This document shows positions 39,301-47,172 of a DNA stretch of 64,000 bases, one piece after another. Numbering within the stretch: the first letter of the stretch is position 1; every line of letters begins with the position of its first letter. The stretch is from Phoronis australis. Its lineage: Eukaryota > Animalia > Phoronida. The stretch is from contig NMRA01000552.1 in the NCBI GenBank assembly GCA_002633005.1, positions 214,133 through 278,132 of the forward strand. Direction: 5' to 3'. The position numbers and the translations under genes are program-made. Below the pieces are notes generated by a model. That model made no database searches. It was given only the letters and a program-made list of their open reading frames with translations, and was not told the origin of the DNA.

Positions 39301-40661
39301 TCTACTCATTGATGAGGTTGTCAGTAACACCACTTAGTTATGGTAAATATGTCAAGTAATTTATAAATAGACTGTTTCTTTTGACCGTTACGTGCAAAAA
39401 TACTGCAGAATTAATTTTCCACTCCCACTCGCACACCCTCTCTCTCTGCGTACTAAGATAACCCAATTACAAGCTTGTCACAGACTGAAATAGATGCAAA
39501 CACAAATGGTTGCTTTACAGGTAAAAAACTTCAAATATAAGTACAAAATTTATTGCATCTAAGTTAAATAATTACCTGTATCAACATCGTTCTCAATAAT
39601 GTCTTCGTCATTCTACAAACACAAGAGAAAGTCTTTACTCCTTATTTGTTATTTTGTTATCAATATAATACTCTGCTTCATCCGACTAGCCTTTGGCTAA
39701 TGTTTGTATTATGAATCCCTGAGTTTAAATAAAGATTATGTATGTACGTAAAGAACATGAATCATCTTCATTGGACACAGAAATAACATAGCATATAGAG
39801 TTAAACACATTTGCATACTACATTATTGTTATAAGTACACCCATTTCTTAGAAAATGTGCTGACAGCATGTACATTGAAACTAGGACACAGTAAACAGGT
39901 TACTGGGTTTTAGATTACTAGTAATATAACTTTAATTAATGTAATACTGCTTTTTGGTATACACAAGTGATGAAATAAGTGTTAAGCAGTATATAATGTT
40001 CTGGTACCTTGGAAATCAATGACCAACGTCAAACAGTTTCCGATAACAGAAACTGAATGTGAAATCCTGGAACTGAAAAGACCAAATCATGCGAATGATT
40101 AAGCACTCCCTAAAAGCAAAACAGGTCGATGTTTTGGAAGTGAGTGTTCTAAGAACCAGTTATCCACTGAATGGCACTGTTTGTTTTTCAGTAACACCTA
40201 GTTCTCCGAGTCCAGTGAGCACAATCAACTAGTTTTAATAGACAAACCTTACAAAATGAAAATGAAATGCTATAGGGCCTACTAAACAAATTGCTGTGCA
40301 CAAAAGATTCAGCACTGTAGGGACTTGTGCCAACCATCAAATATTCAATAAAAACTGGTTCAGTGGGTCTCACATACAGGATCCTGGAAACCGACTTGAA
40401 GCTAGTCAGCAGGCAGCAAATTCCAATCGCTTCTCATTTTGTCAGTCCAATGTCCGACTCGTGTGAATGTGACTGTGTTCCCCAATCCACAATGATCGAT
40501 TTGACTCGGATAACGAAACATATCGGTGTTTCAAAACATCGAGTAAAAATACCAAATAAATTGGTTTGTTCTGGCCGCTGTGCTCCTGGTGGACCTAAAC
40601 TCACCTTTTCATTTCTTGTTACATCTTCATCACTTTCACTACCCTCTAAAACATTGCCCAT
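229..40661 (-). CDS. ZZEF1: Zinc finger ZZ-type and EF-hand domain-containing protein 1 orthologue (multi-exon, 3' end outside window)
   Basis: 50 GT-AG exons read by hand, with reading phase consistent across all junctions from 36324 to 229. The translation matches remembered ZZEF1 motifs in order: MGN start, VTLDQF..FQQFDTDGEDVAD (EF-hand), FWQSDGSARSHFIR..SYMP..IRRCHNDGCDTRIHGL (DOC/APC10), ESPHNY..CPGA..FDARCETEKRYDYLEF..FHSDSSNNEWGYKF (CUB-like), two ZZ fingers, FLFSFGAMCL..GLEWACS..VVLKHFTDK. Confidence 0.95.
642..813 (-). CDS. ZZEF1: ZZEF1 exon
   Basis: SGLEWACSVAQIL..IFALFVLAGYPE. Confidence 0.92.
1181..1878. mobile_element. Non-autonomous TIR element (MITE, hAT-like ends)
   Basis: TIR CAGTGCTCGA (1181) / TCGAGCACTG (1878); 20-bp subterminal repeats at both ends; candidate 8-bp TSD matches only 5/8. 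Confidence 0.65.
1191..1322. repeat. 20-bp tandem repeat (TTTGGCAACCTCAGGTTGTG) x~6.5
   Basis: Directly visible; related units recur at ~1768-1830. Confidence 0.95.
1919..2001 (-). CDS. ZZEF1: ZZEF1 exon
   Basis: VQQEVTEEQEEKNIVDFLFSFGAMCLE. Confidence 0.88.
2160..2375. repeat. 30-bp minisatellite (CAAAATGTGTCAGACACAGTACCCACAATG) x~7
   Basis: Directly visible periodicity in an intron. Confidence 0.92.
2548..2698 (-). CDS. ZZEF1: ZZEF1 exon, second half of PAH-like domain
   Basis: TMDASKVKANSMSILEDQPELLESFDAFINDQ..; phase 2 to 0, fits both neighbours. Confidence 0.83.
3129..3313 (-). CDS. ZZEF1: ZZEF1 exon, first half of PAH-like domain
   Basis: TTTCCAG acceptor, GTGAGT donor; ..HLRFLGQVKDYFTDKPEVQLEFFHNIAQFKAG. 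Confidence 0.83.
3983..4070 (-). CDS. ZZEF1: ZZEF1 exon
   Basis: GDTGHEVITQHMAMGLIVRLLQRF. Confidence 0.85.
4904..5090 (-). CDS. ZZEF1: ZZEF1 exon
   Basis: EEAFALHSQEKIMGLLGAAIP. Confidence 0.88.
5339..5560 (-). CDS. ZZEF1: ZZEF1 exon
   Basis: LQAYIHQHVWLQFSSLTL..CLMLVTECL. Confidence 0.9.
5757..5855. repeat. Short degenerate tandem repeat (TGTACAATACACCTGTCATTG) x3
   Basis: Three visible copies. Confidence 0.75.
6604..6647 (-). CDS. ZZEF1: ZZEF1 exon, end of ZZ2
   Basis: GHTSDHGTIKFPQVK supplies the terminal His ligands. Confidence 0.85.
7006..7119 (-). CDS. ZZEF1: ZZEF1 exon, ZZ zinc finger 2
   Basis: YKCDECRAFIAGTRFHCTMCEDYDLCLGC. Confidence 0.95.
7855..8051 (-). CDS. ZZEF1: ZZEF1 exon, ZZ zinc finger 1
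   Basis: NCDGCD..RYRCLQCEDKDLCSSC..HTEDH. Confidence 0.95.
8533..8690 (-). CDS. ZZEF1: ZZEF1 exon
   Basis: ..EYEQCLKWFEECRHGFSTWFNKI..EKR. Confidence 0.88.
9624..9760 (-). CDS. ZZEF1: ZZEF1 exon
   Basis: ..ALLHLLDMDWQLYDLTFLLDIDLPSLLF. Confidence 0.9.
10252..10433 (-). CDS. ZZEF1: ZZEF1 exon
   Basis: VPSVVFLQELLANQ..LDGCGLSLESKVRQAYYGLIR. Confidence 0.9.
10533..10575. mobile_element. 43-bp miniature TIR element with 6-bp TSD
   Basis: CAGGGCTTGGAATGACC..AAGCCTTG flanked by AAGTAC on both sides (10527-10532, 10576-10581); same ends as 23220-24802. Confidence 0.75.
11120..11311 (-). CDS. ZZEF1: ZZEF1 exon
   Basis: FDSMLSEKYPAFKLVMEFVRN..HIFQ. Confidence 0.88.
11388..11735. repeat. 68-bp minisatellite x5
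   Basis: (C/T)TGGGACCAC core at 11415, 11483, 11551, 11619, 11687. Confidence 0.93.
12163..12314 (-). CDS. ZZEF1: ZZEF1 exon (copy B, same peptide; probable assembly duplicate)
   Basis: Identical peptide to 13033-13184, offset 870 nt, separated by N at 12715. Confidence 0.55.
13033..13184 (-). CDS. ZZEF1: ZZEF1 exon (copy A of duplicated exon)
   Basis: VTACKDKAMFLLQFAGL..ELDKGYK; 152 nt, phase 1 to 0. Confidence 0.85.
14630..14702 (-). CDS. ZZEF1: ZZEF1 exon
   Basis: IEAKQKIIVAEEKGDVQDPLKLDP. Confidence 0.82.
14808..15535. repeat. 41-bp tandem array copying exon 3' end plus splice donor, interrupted by a MITE
   Basis: Units start at 14808, 14849, 15299, 15340, 15381, 15422, 15463, 15504. 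Confidence 0.92.
14889..15294. mobile_element. Harbinger/PIF-type MITE
   Basis: Long imperfect TIR GGCCCGGTCTC..; flanks CAG (14886-8) and CTG (15295-7), i.e. CWG; inserted into the CAG of a 41-bp repeat unit. Confidence 0.8.
15513..15592 (-). CDS. ZZEF1: ZZEF1 exon
   Basis: KGDCKSEICEGIQQAYTVAETLRLYL; GTATGT donor. Confidence 0.85.
16167..16377 (-). CDS. ZZEF1: ZZEF1 exon
   Basis: ..MGGVEVDEAVKLLFAALVWHTQPLREE. Confidence 0.9.
16723..16856 (-). CDS. ZZEF1: ZZEF1 exon
   Basis: ..QLLKSDLWTTLFRGGF..LQRSLSGIH. Confidence 0.87.
17510..17621 (-). CDS. ZZEF1: ZZEF1 exon
   Basis: VTAKGCPDVPLCWMFDFQLGLSKLYGR. Confidence 0.9.
17827..18328. mobile_element. Possible old TTAA-flanked MITE
   Basis: TTAA on both sides; weak TIR GGTCACATTGGAC / GTCCTACACAACC. 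Confidence 0.35.
18474..18639 (-). CDS. ZZEF1: ZZEF1 exon, CUB-like
   Basis: YDYLEFTD..KWPK..RLQFLFHSDSSNNEWGYKFK. Confidence 0.93.
19122..19189 (-). CDS. ZZEF1: ZZEF1 exon, CUB-like
   Basis: VFCCPGASLFIVEFDARCETEK. Confidence 0.92.
19832..20065 (-). CDS. ZZEF1: ZZEF1 exon, start of CUB-like domain
   Basis: ..VVLRVWEEESPHNYHNNQHTTK. Confidence 0.9.
20313..20446 (-). CDS. ZZEF1: ZZEF1 exon
   Basis: YCSLVTNKATEAC..KLETTFLSTVVRQM. Confidence 0.87.
20664..20880 (-). CDS. ZZEF1: ZZEF1 exon
   Basis: VLHVMDTLICVAGQE..SLQTSLLVWC. Confidence 0.9.
21319..21426 (-). CDS. ZZEF1: ZZEF1 exon
   Basis: STSLIFQSLCQFFSSVDPSSLLNLP. Confidence 0.9.
22470..22540 (-). CDS. ZZEF1: ZZEF1 exon
   Basis: GAVVFFPDKEARRKQLFNMM. 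Confidence 0.9.
23220..24802. mobile_element. Non-autonomous DNA transposon with 6-bp TSD
   Basis: Ends CAGGGCTTGGAAT / ATTCCAGCCTTG; AGTAAA duplicated on both flanks. Confidence 0.75.
25034..25133 (-). CDS. ZZEF1: ZZEF1 exon
   Basis: DVSQEIFGHLCHLVD..AKQIIIDG. Confidence 0.87.
25373..25466 (-). CDS. ZZEF1: ZZEF1 exon
   Basis: EGECTDLCRQLVLSLLHSLL..; AG/GTAAGT. Confidence 0.83.
25702..25793 (-). CDS. ZZEF1: ZZEF1 exon
   Basis: SPQKISDARAQALDTSDLTLQSVWQLFNKE. Confidence 0.83.
26128..26223 (-). CDS. ZZEF1: ZZEF1 exon
   Basis: VQAAPIPTDDTCSAQMVFLHTLFFLVELSREQ; 96 nt, phase 0-0. Confidence 0.8.
26734..26850 (-). CDS. ZZEF1: ZZEF1 exon
   Basis: YILVKFLKPRDSSADQIAIEEIKFYGF. Confidence 0.88.
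27137..27179 (-). CDS. ZZEF1: ZZEF1 exon
   Basis: (W)DEAEVFFQGIPCGK. Confidence 0.85.
27716..27769 (-). CDS. ZZEF1: ZZEF1 exon
   Basis: LSDDEKKSTAYFQTEDE(W). Confidence 0.83.
28249..28320 (-). CDS. ZZEF1: ZZEF1 exon
   Basis: EGGEMERLLERFKQYDEWSDKDS. Confidence 0.85.
28665..28809 (-). CDS. ZZEF1: ZZEF1 exon
   Basis: YISGDGKT..IKVGKGPKGAKCGLVFVFND. Confidence 0.9.
29559..29744 (-). CDS. ZZEF1: ZZEF1 exon
   Basis: NPEMSIKGVTLL..LQMTLLGCDGG..; AG/GTAAGT. Confidence 0.88.
30279..30382 (-). CDS. ZZEF1: ZZEF1 exon
   Basis: SGDQLMPEGLYILLGFSLARGHILSIL. Confidence 0.9.
30864..30980 (-). CDS. ZZEF1: ZZEF1 exon
   Basis: NALRHIGPLMLTPYSGEKPAILSGHVLNEINRIL. Confidence 0.9.
31200..31630. repeat. 93/103-bp tandem array copying exon 3' half plus splice donor
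   Basis: CTCACCTGG at 31248, 31351, 31454, 31547; two units carry an extra CTCAGATGAG. Confidence 0.93.
31552..31683 (-). CDS. ZZEF1: ZZEF1 exon
   Basis: SVMDASAVWYLQVLGSTITAS..EHT; GTGAGT donor. Confidence 0.9.
32078..32156 (-). CDS. ZZEF1: ZZEF1 exon, DOC/APC10 end
   Basis: ISLNIRRCHNDGCDTRIHGLKIMGY. Confidence 0.93.
32297..32349 (-). CDS. ZZEF1: ZZEF1 exon, DOC/APC10
   Basis: FVTGDVLLVENLTQHYP; phase consistent. Confidence 0.88.
32797..32943 (-). CDS. ZZEF1: ZZEF1 exon, DOC/APC10
   Basis: IKMKPGVVVKQLHIGVCSDDQSYMPQLVVVSAGKN. Confidence 0.93.
33278..33458 (-). CDS. ZZEF1: ZZEF1 exon, DOC/APC10 start
   Basis: VAKCYTSITVSSN..TFWQSDGSARSHFI. Confidence 0.93.
34227..34350 (-). CDS. ZZEF1: ZZEF1 exon
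   Basis: FLLRNRAASSSLSFPLLDGFNNTSAMRLTVLK; AG/GT. Confidence 0.88.
34788..34880. repeat. Short tandem repeat (CAGATTGGTATAGTCAAACAT) x3
   Basis: Visible copies. Confidence 0.8.
35187..35251 (-). CDS. ZZEF1: ZZEF1 exon
   Basis: GFLDVYIKNPQGIGQHGARILN; AG/GTAAGT; phase 1 to 0. Confidence 0.88.
35352..35889 (-). mobile_element. Harbinger internal-deletion derivative
   Basis: TIR AAGCGTGTTCAAYAGAGTGAGCGCC, CAG TSD on both sides; minus strand ~35550-35640 reads RIENYVEETVPQ/YSDPQFKLHFRMSRSTF, the FRMSRxTF motif of Harbinger/HARBI1 transposase N-termini. Confidence 0.85.
36108..36324 (-). CDS. ZZEF1: ZZEF1 exon, EF-hand
   Basis: DTVTLDQF..FQQFDTDGEDVADVSVM..NLRGELNYVIRTLQSCSLTP; AG/GT borders. 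Confidence 0.93.
39576..39612 (-). CDS. ZZEF1: ZZEF1 exon (NDEDIIENDVDT)
   Basis: TTTGTAG acceptor, GTAAT donor; phase 0 matches exon 1; acidic sequence. Confidence 0.65.
40605..40661 (-). CDS. ZZEF1: ZZEF1 first coding exon (MGNVLEGSESDEDVTRNEK)
   Basis: ATG at 40661, donor GTGAGT at 40604; MGN plus acidic stretch as in ZZEF1. Confidence 0.85.
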
Positions 40662-40707
40662 TACTTGGCAGTCTGCACAACCGACGACAAAAACAGGAAC
40701 ACTAAAA

Positions 40708-40725
40708 CAGCCACCTAGTGGCGCT
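40708..40725 (-). promoter_or_regulatory. CTCF-like motif near ZZEF1 start
   Basis: Minus strand GCGCCACTAGGTGGCTG resembles the CTCF core consensus; ~50 bp upstream of the ATG. Confidence 0.4.
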
Positions 40726-43700
40726 GATTTGTTGTACGCGAACTTGGAATCCTCAGCCTGCCGTTCAGTAACGCTAGGACCTCGCTAAAAGCAAGACTTT
40801 GCAAGATTACGTGAGATATTGCCGTGCATTTTAAGAGATAACGCGTGATTTGACTAGTTTAGCTATGTCCTAGCGTAGGTCCTAGCGAGGTACAAAAGTG
40901 TACCGTACTGGAGTCGAGACTTCTTCAGCACCTTCATGTGATTGGCTCAAATCGTGTGAGAAAGGGTAATATCAAGGCTACTTCAAATAATCATTACAAC
41001 TTTAAGCAATTTTATCTCTTCCTTATACAATAGCGGAATTTCGTTTAAATTTGATGATGCTGAAGTATAGCTTACATATTATTTGTGTATATTTATGCCA
41101 TTCAAATAGAGAACACGGACCAGAGTGCCTTGACTTTTTCAAGGAAATTCCCGTGCTCTTTTGTTTCTGGAATTACGATTACGAGGTGCTCTATTTTGCT
41201 CACCGGCAGAAGTTCGAACATTCCAGTAGCCGAATAGGATATTAGTAACTGGCTAGGTACTGTCACTGCTGTAAATAGGTGCTCTTGAATATGTTCATTC
41301 AGTCTCAAAAGGTGCTTGTGTTTATGGTGGTGTACATTCCAGTGCTCATCACACAAAGCACAGCCATTTGTAACTAGTCTATTGACAATACTGTTGAAAT
41401 TTACCACACGTCATAATTTATAAGGTTTCGCATTTAAACATTGCCATAGCACAGGCAACTCTAATACATTTTGACATTCTCGTAGCATTAGGTACACCCA
41501 TTTTTACATTTTCATGGCATTAAGGTGCTCACATTTTGACTTTTTCATTTGATAAGCTGCTTTTGTCAATTGTTTTATTCAGTCTTCTAAATTTCAGATG
41601 TTTGCTGTCTTCCGACATATATAAATTATAAAGATTTTGGTGGACGGGGAGTTTCCCATGGACTTCTCGAAGTGTCCAGTGAAAAAAGAAGTAATGGAAT
41701 CCATAAAAGGCACCAAAAATTGGTGTGTCTGAAACAGGTATAACGTCTCCTTTCATTTGTGTGTGAAAAGACCAAGGAGAAATGCCATATTGTAGTGATT
41801 CCTCAAAGGTGTCTTACCTTACATCTTAGTTGTCCGTGGTCGAGCTCAATAGTTCTGCTTTGGTGTGTGGTCTGGGTATCGAATGCCGCTCTGCATCCCA
41901 ACATGTGTATCGGCCGCAGGGCCGCTTAATTAATATTCATGATGCGCCCTCATTGGCCATTACCGGCATATGGGCCGGACAGCCAACGTCGGCAGTCTCC
42001 GAGACAAGCAGCAGTCGTCTCTCGATGCCGACAGAGGGCGCGCGCGGCAGAAGGCCAGCGCAGCAGTGAGACAGGTCAAGTGACGTCTCACTACAATATT
42101 TATGTTTTAGAATCTGTCAACTTACAACTGTATTCGCAGTGCATTGGTTAATTTAAAAGTACTTAGTATGCTGCCTAAAAATCAAGGGTGTGATACTTAG
42201 CTATTAAGCACCACCATCAGTCTGTAGTTTCAGCAGTTTTACATTATGGAAAAATCACGTTCATAGTTTGTTATATAGTTGTAACATTAGCTATTACAAA
42301 TTTCACAAAACTCAAATTGCTCAAACGTATTTATTGAAAATTAAACATCATGCAGGTATTTAAAGGTGAATTCATCACATCACAGTGAAGTCAAACTGGT
42401 TCTCAAGCCTTATCAGTTCTTGGCCACAAAACACTAAAATCACTAAGTTCCTGATGTTTCCGGATGTAAAATCCGTGACAATCAGACTCAAGGACAACAC
42501 TGCCAAATGTATCCTGTCACTTTAGATGACACACCTAATGATACCTTTGTGTTGTGTGTGACTGTCAGGATGCAATGTACCGGTATTGGATGATATGTTC
42601 ATTTCCTTTATCAGGTGTTTTTGTGATTTTTATTTTTTTTGTCTAACAATTTCCAGTTTTGTTTTGTGTTGTGTCAAACTGTTGTCCGGTAATCTAAAAA
42701 GTCAGATATGTAAATGGTAAAAATGCAAAGTTACAAAATGGCAAAACCCTTTCGATCATTTTAATGTTAGCTAATACCTTATGGACAACTCTGCAATTAG
42801 CCCAATATCTAAATGATTTTCAAAGTTAGCTTAATTTGGACATTTTTAGGGTCCTATGTAAACTAAGTTATACCCGATACGTCACTCATTTTGAAGATAT
42901 AACTACATACGACTTTTGTAGTATGGTATTTATCTTGTTAAGTACATTTTTGTGAGCATATGGACCCGTCTTACTCCTTTCCCCCTTTTTTTTCATTTCG
43001 GACTTGTCCTCTAATTCCTTTGTGCAGAACTACACGTCGCTTTCCCAACCTTCATATTGGACTATTGTTATCACTTTGGTCAGCTCTTGGCTATCATTGG
43101 CTGATGATGGTCACGTGTTTTTAGGTTTCCTCTTTGTTATCCATTCTCATGTTTCAGTTCATCTTCTTTGTGACAACCACATTGACGTACGTTCTGAAAC
43201 TTATCCATGTTTTTCCGCCCATTGCCTTCCCTGATTTCGTAATTTTCTGATACCTTCATGTGGCTGGCGCTTTTTTATTGCCCATCTTACCAGATATCAT
43301 TGTATTTTATTTTACTTATTTTGTATTCACTATCCATTACTTGTAATTGTATGTCATAGAATACGACCATACGTCGCCTACCTTGGTCTCCTTTTCATCT
43401 CTGGTAATGAGCTTGCGCTGCACATATCATTTATATACTATTTGGGATTTATGTTGATCATGAATATTTATTTCATAACTCTTGAATGTTGTTTCTCCAA
43501 TGTACTTTGTTAATAATCTTTTTACCTTACTTTTCAGGTCTCAAGGGGACTCACCCATGGATGCTGTAGAGGTGGTCTGTTGAATTAGGGATGAGGATAT
43601 TGTGGGACCATCTGGAGGGGTAAGCATGTTACGGGTCTGTCTCAGGGAAACAGACGCACAATGGCCAGTCTCGGTGGTGGGGAGGGACGCAACATATGAC

Positions 43701-45519
43701 ATTGGAGGGAGGGGGCTTGGGTGGCAGAGGAGATGGCTGGCCTGCTCAGGGTTTGGAAGTAATGTTGGGATGGTATGGGTTCGAGGGACAGAGATGATGA
43801 GGGGTCAGTGTGACATCTGTAGAGGACCATTCTATAAGGAAAGGGGTGATGAGGGGCCTACTCAAGGTGTGGATGTGACCTATGGGGAGGACAGTTATGT
43901 GAGGGTCTATTCCAGGGGAAATGGGTGATGAGCGGCCTACTCAGGGGGTAACTTGTGTCCAGGTGGTGTCTAGGGACTACTGGGATGACACTGGCACAGT
44001 TTTTGGGGTTACAGGTGTGAGAGTACCATCCAGGGAGAAGGAATGTTAGGGTCACGTACGTTTCAGGGGAGTCAGTGTCCTTTGTAGATGAATTCAAGTT
44101 TTCTGTTTTAGTGACATGTCTCCATATTAAAAGTGTTCATATAACTATTTTAAGGTGAAGTATTTATATGTAAGCAGTCCAACACATATTTTACGTGATT
44201 TTTCCTTTGTGTTGTGTGCTTGTAATGTTTTATTTAATAATTCTTTTGAAATATGTCTGCAGCAGTAATCCATTGAACCTTCACTATAATGTTAAAAGCT
44301 CAAGGAATACCTTCATTTTTCTCCATTAATATTTATTTCAGGCACAATAACCCTTTATTGTTAATGGCACCAACCGTTTATCTGCTTTGCTAATCCCACA
44401 TTTCAGAGTTGTTCGTATTGAGCTTGAGAATCTGCCTTTCATTGTTAGATTTAACTCATTTGTCTTAAATGTATTTTGCTGATATTTTGAATATATGTAA
44501 CTTGTTTTCAGCTTATACGTTCAAAAATTGATTGAAAGGAGGTGAAATACCATTACCATGTGTTCTTTTAATTATAGCTTGCATTCATTAAGTTTGAGAT
44601 GCTATTTATTCACTTCACTTTTTATGTAGGTGTAATGGACGTGTTAATGGGTAATAAGAAGATTGAAAGATGTCACCTGATTCCTATCTGTGAGGGCACC
44701 AAGCTTGATGTCTCTAAGGAGCGAAGTGATTGATTACTAAGGTTAATATGTATTTCAGTTAATTTATAAACAGCTTGTACCACTTTGTTCTCATATTTTT
44801 ACAATAAAGTATGAATTTGGTATTTTTAAAATTTCTTAAAATAATCAAGAATTCATTTGAAGACATTTGTTACACATCTTCAAAGTTTGACTAGTTACAG
44901 ACTTCTTGAAATTGCTTATGTTTAATCATGTATGGAAGGAAAGTATTTTTTAAATTAATTTAATTGTGCTGTTATAGATATAAGATTAGATATTATGATA
45001 TCATTATTTTCTTCTTGTCTTCATTCTGACATTTATTTCATTGGTTTTAGTTGTCTAAATTGTATGAATCTGCCTTCCATTTAGACAAAGTACTTACTTA
45101 GTGAAAATATGTACTTAAGAATTCAGTGATGGTTGGTTTTTGGTTGAGACTAAGCTCTATATAAGTTGACTTGTCACAGCATGTCATTTTATTTGGCAAT
45201 CATGGTCACGAGAAATAGAGATTCGTCAGTTGTGTGTTTCTTGATGTTCCATATAGTCTACCTTCCGTAAAGGTGTTGTATTTTTTTGTATTCCAGGTAT
45301 GACTTCAAAGTTCATCAAGACGTAATAGCCTGTCGGTTTTCATGGTTCTGCCAGACTTCCATGATCCTAATAAGCAGTCCTGGACTAGTGTCAGATTACA
45401 GTGCTTTAGCATTGCAAGAAAAATATGAAAAAATGTGCTCTTGTTATGACTATGTGTGGTGAAAACTAACGTGTGAAGTTGTTCCATATGTGTTGCTAAT
45501 TGTGTTGTAAAGTAGTTCG

Positions 45520-45601
45520 CACACACGCACAAACGTGCTCACAAACACGTGCTCACAAACACGTGCTCACAAACACGTGCTCACAAACCCGTGCACACAC
45601 G

Positions 45602-45634
<33 letters not shown>
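45520..45634. repeat. 14-bp repeat (CACAAACACGTGCT) grading into (CA)n microsatellite
   Basis: Directly visible. Confidence 0.95.
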
Positions 45635-45636
<2 letters not shown>

Positions 45637-46881
45637 TTGCATTTACTTCAAGTGGTTTATATTAATAAATAACATTTTTCTACCACACATTTATCTACAT
45701 TGTTATATAATATTGAGTTGATCATGGGCTGACTTTCTGATTGTGAGGCAAACACAGTTTTCCTTTTTGGTAAACAAACTTGTTTTTGCAGTGGTTGTTT
45801 GACCATATCTCTAATAAAAGCATTTCTGCGAGTACCAGGAGGTTAACTCATTTTATCCACTTTTCATCCCATTTAACTTCGGTACTTGCTGATGACATTG
45901 CAGTCTAATTATAATGTATTGTACTTACATAAACTTTCTATGATGTTCTTCCCTTTTTGATCACGTTTTATTTGTATTTCTTGATGCCCCATGCATGTTC
46001 ATGAAACTTAATGTCATGTCACATGGTACTGTGTTAAACTTAATTTACTAGGGTGTGTACCACGTTGCATTTTGTAGTATCCATTGCATTGTGTCGTATT
46101 GCGTTTTGTTGCATTTCCAAGTTAGTACATAGCATTTCTGTTTTTCTTACTTTATACATTCATTGTATAGTATGGATATCCATTAGTGGATATCATTGGA
46201 TGATGGTATTTTGCCGTCTTGCTTAGTTACTTCATGGTATTTTGTATATTTTAAGTTTTTTGGCCATTAATAAAGGTCATTTTTCTGTCATATATATTAC
46301 TTATCTTGTTTCAGTGCAGTCTACCTGCAGGTTACCTGGTATGCAAGTATGAAAAACGTTAATGATACATTTCTTTGTTTCCATGTACAAAGGGTTTTAT
46401 GCCTTTGTGCCTTAAAAGCATCATTATACAAAATAGTATTAACTGATATGCACATTGCAGATGCAGTGGATTGCAGTCTGAAGGTCTGTGCTTGTTTAGG
46501 TATTGCCGAAATAACTTTACATTCGTGACTTGCGCTTGATTAAAACGATTATCAATAAGTGTATGAATGTCATTCTTGCCCGGGAAAACGAGTGGGCAAA
46601 GTCTTAGTTCATGAACGCTTTTTGCCGTGTTAATCACTATGAATTATTGTTTTAATTAAAAGTTAATTGCTATTACCAACACCATGGCTCTATACATACT
46701 AATTTCAAAATACGTGGGATATTGTGTAGCGTTCTATCTTTTCCATTCAGACTGACCGCCTATTTGCTTCCGTGCAAATGTGTTTGCGTTCAGGTACGGA
46801 AAAAAGGCTCACCCATAGACCGTAGGCAGCGCAGCACTAAAAAAGTGGGTCCCCAGCCCCCTATGGTGCGCCGCCCATGGC

Positions 46882-47172
46882 GTAGGGTATTCCCGTTATG
46901 ACACTTACTACAGAATGGTGTTCGTGTTAACTAACCCTAAGAGTGCATGGTGCTCGCGTTTCGAGACCCGGTTCGATAAGGTGCTCGCGTTAAAATACCT
47001 TCAGAGTCTAAGGTGCTCCCGTAATGAGACTCACTACAATAAAGTGCTCGCTTAAAAGGACACCCAGAGTGTAAGGTGCTCGCATTATGAGACCCGGTGC
47101 GTTGAGGTGCTCGCGTTATGACACTCAGTACAGTAAGGTGCTCACCTTAGAACACGTCCAGAGTGTAAGGTA
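46882..47172. repeat. Degenerate 31-32-bp tandem array (AAGGTGCTCGCGTTA core) x9
   Basis: Core recurs every 31-32 bp, with three related variant tails. Confidence 0.85.

Noticed and set aside
43540-44100. G-rich segment with ORFs on both strands
   Set aside because: Low-complexity composition and no recognisable protein family.
46882-47172. CRISPR-like repeat/spacer appearance
   Set aside because: The 'spacers' are short and related to each other, the context is eukaryotic, and there are no cas genes.
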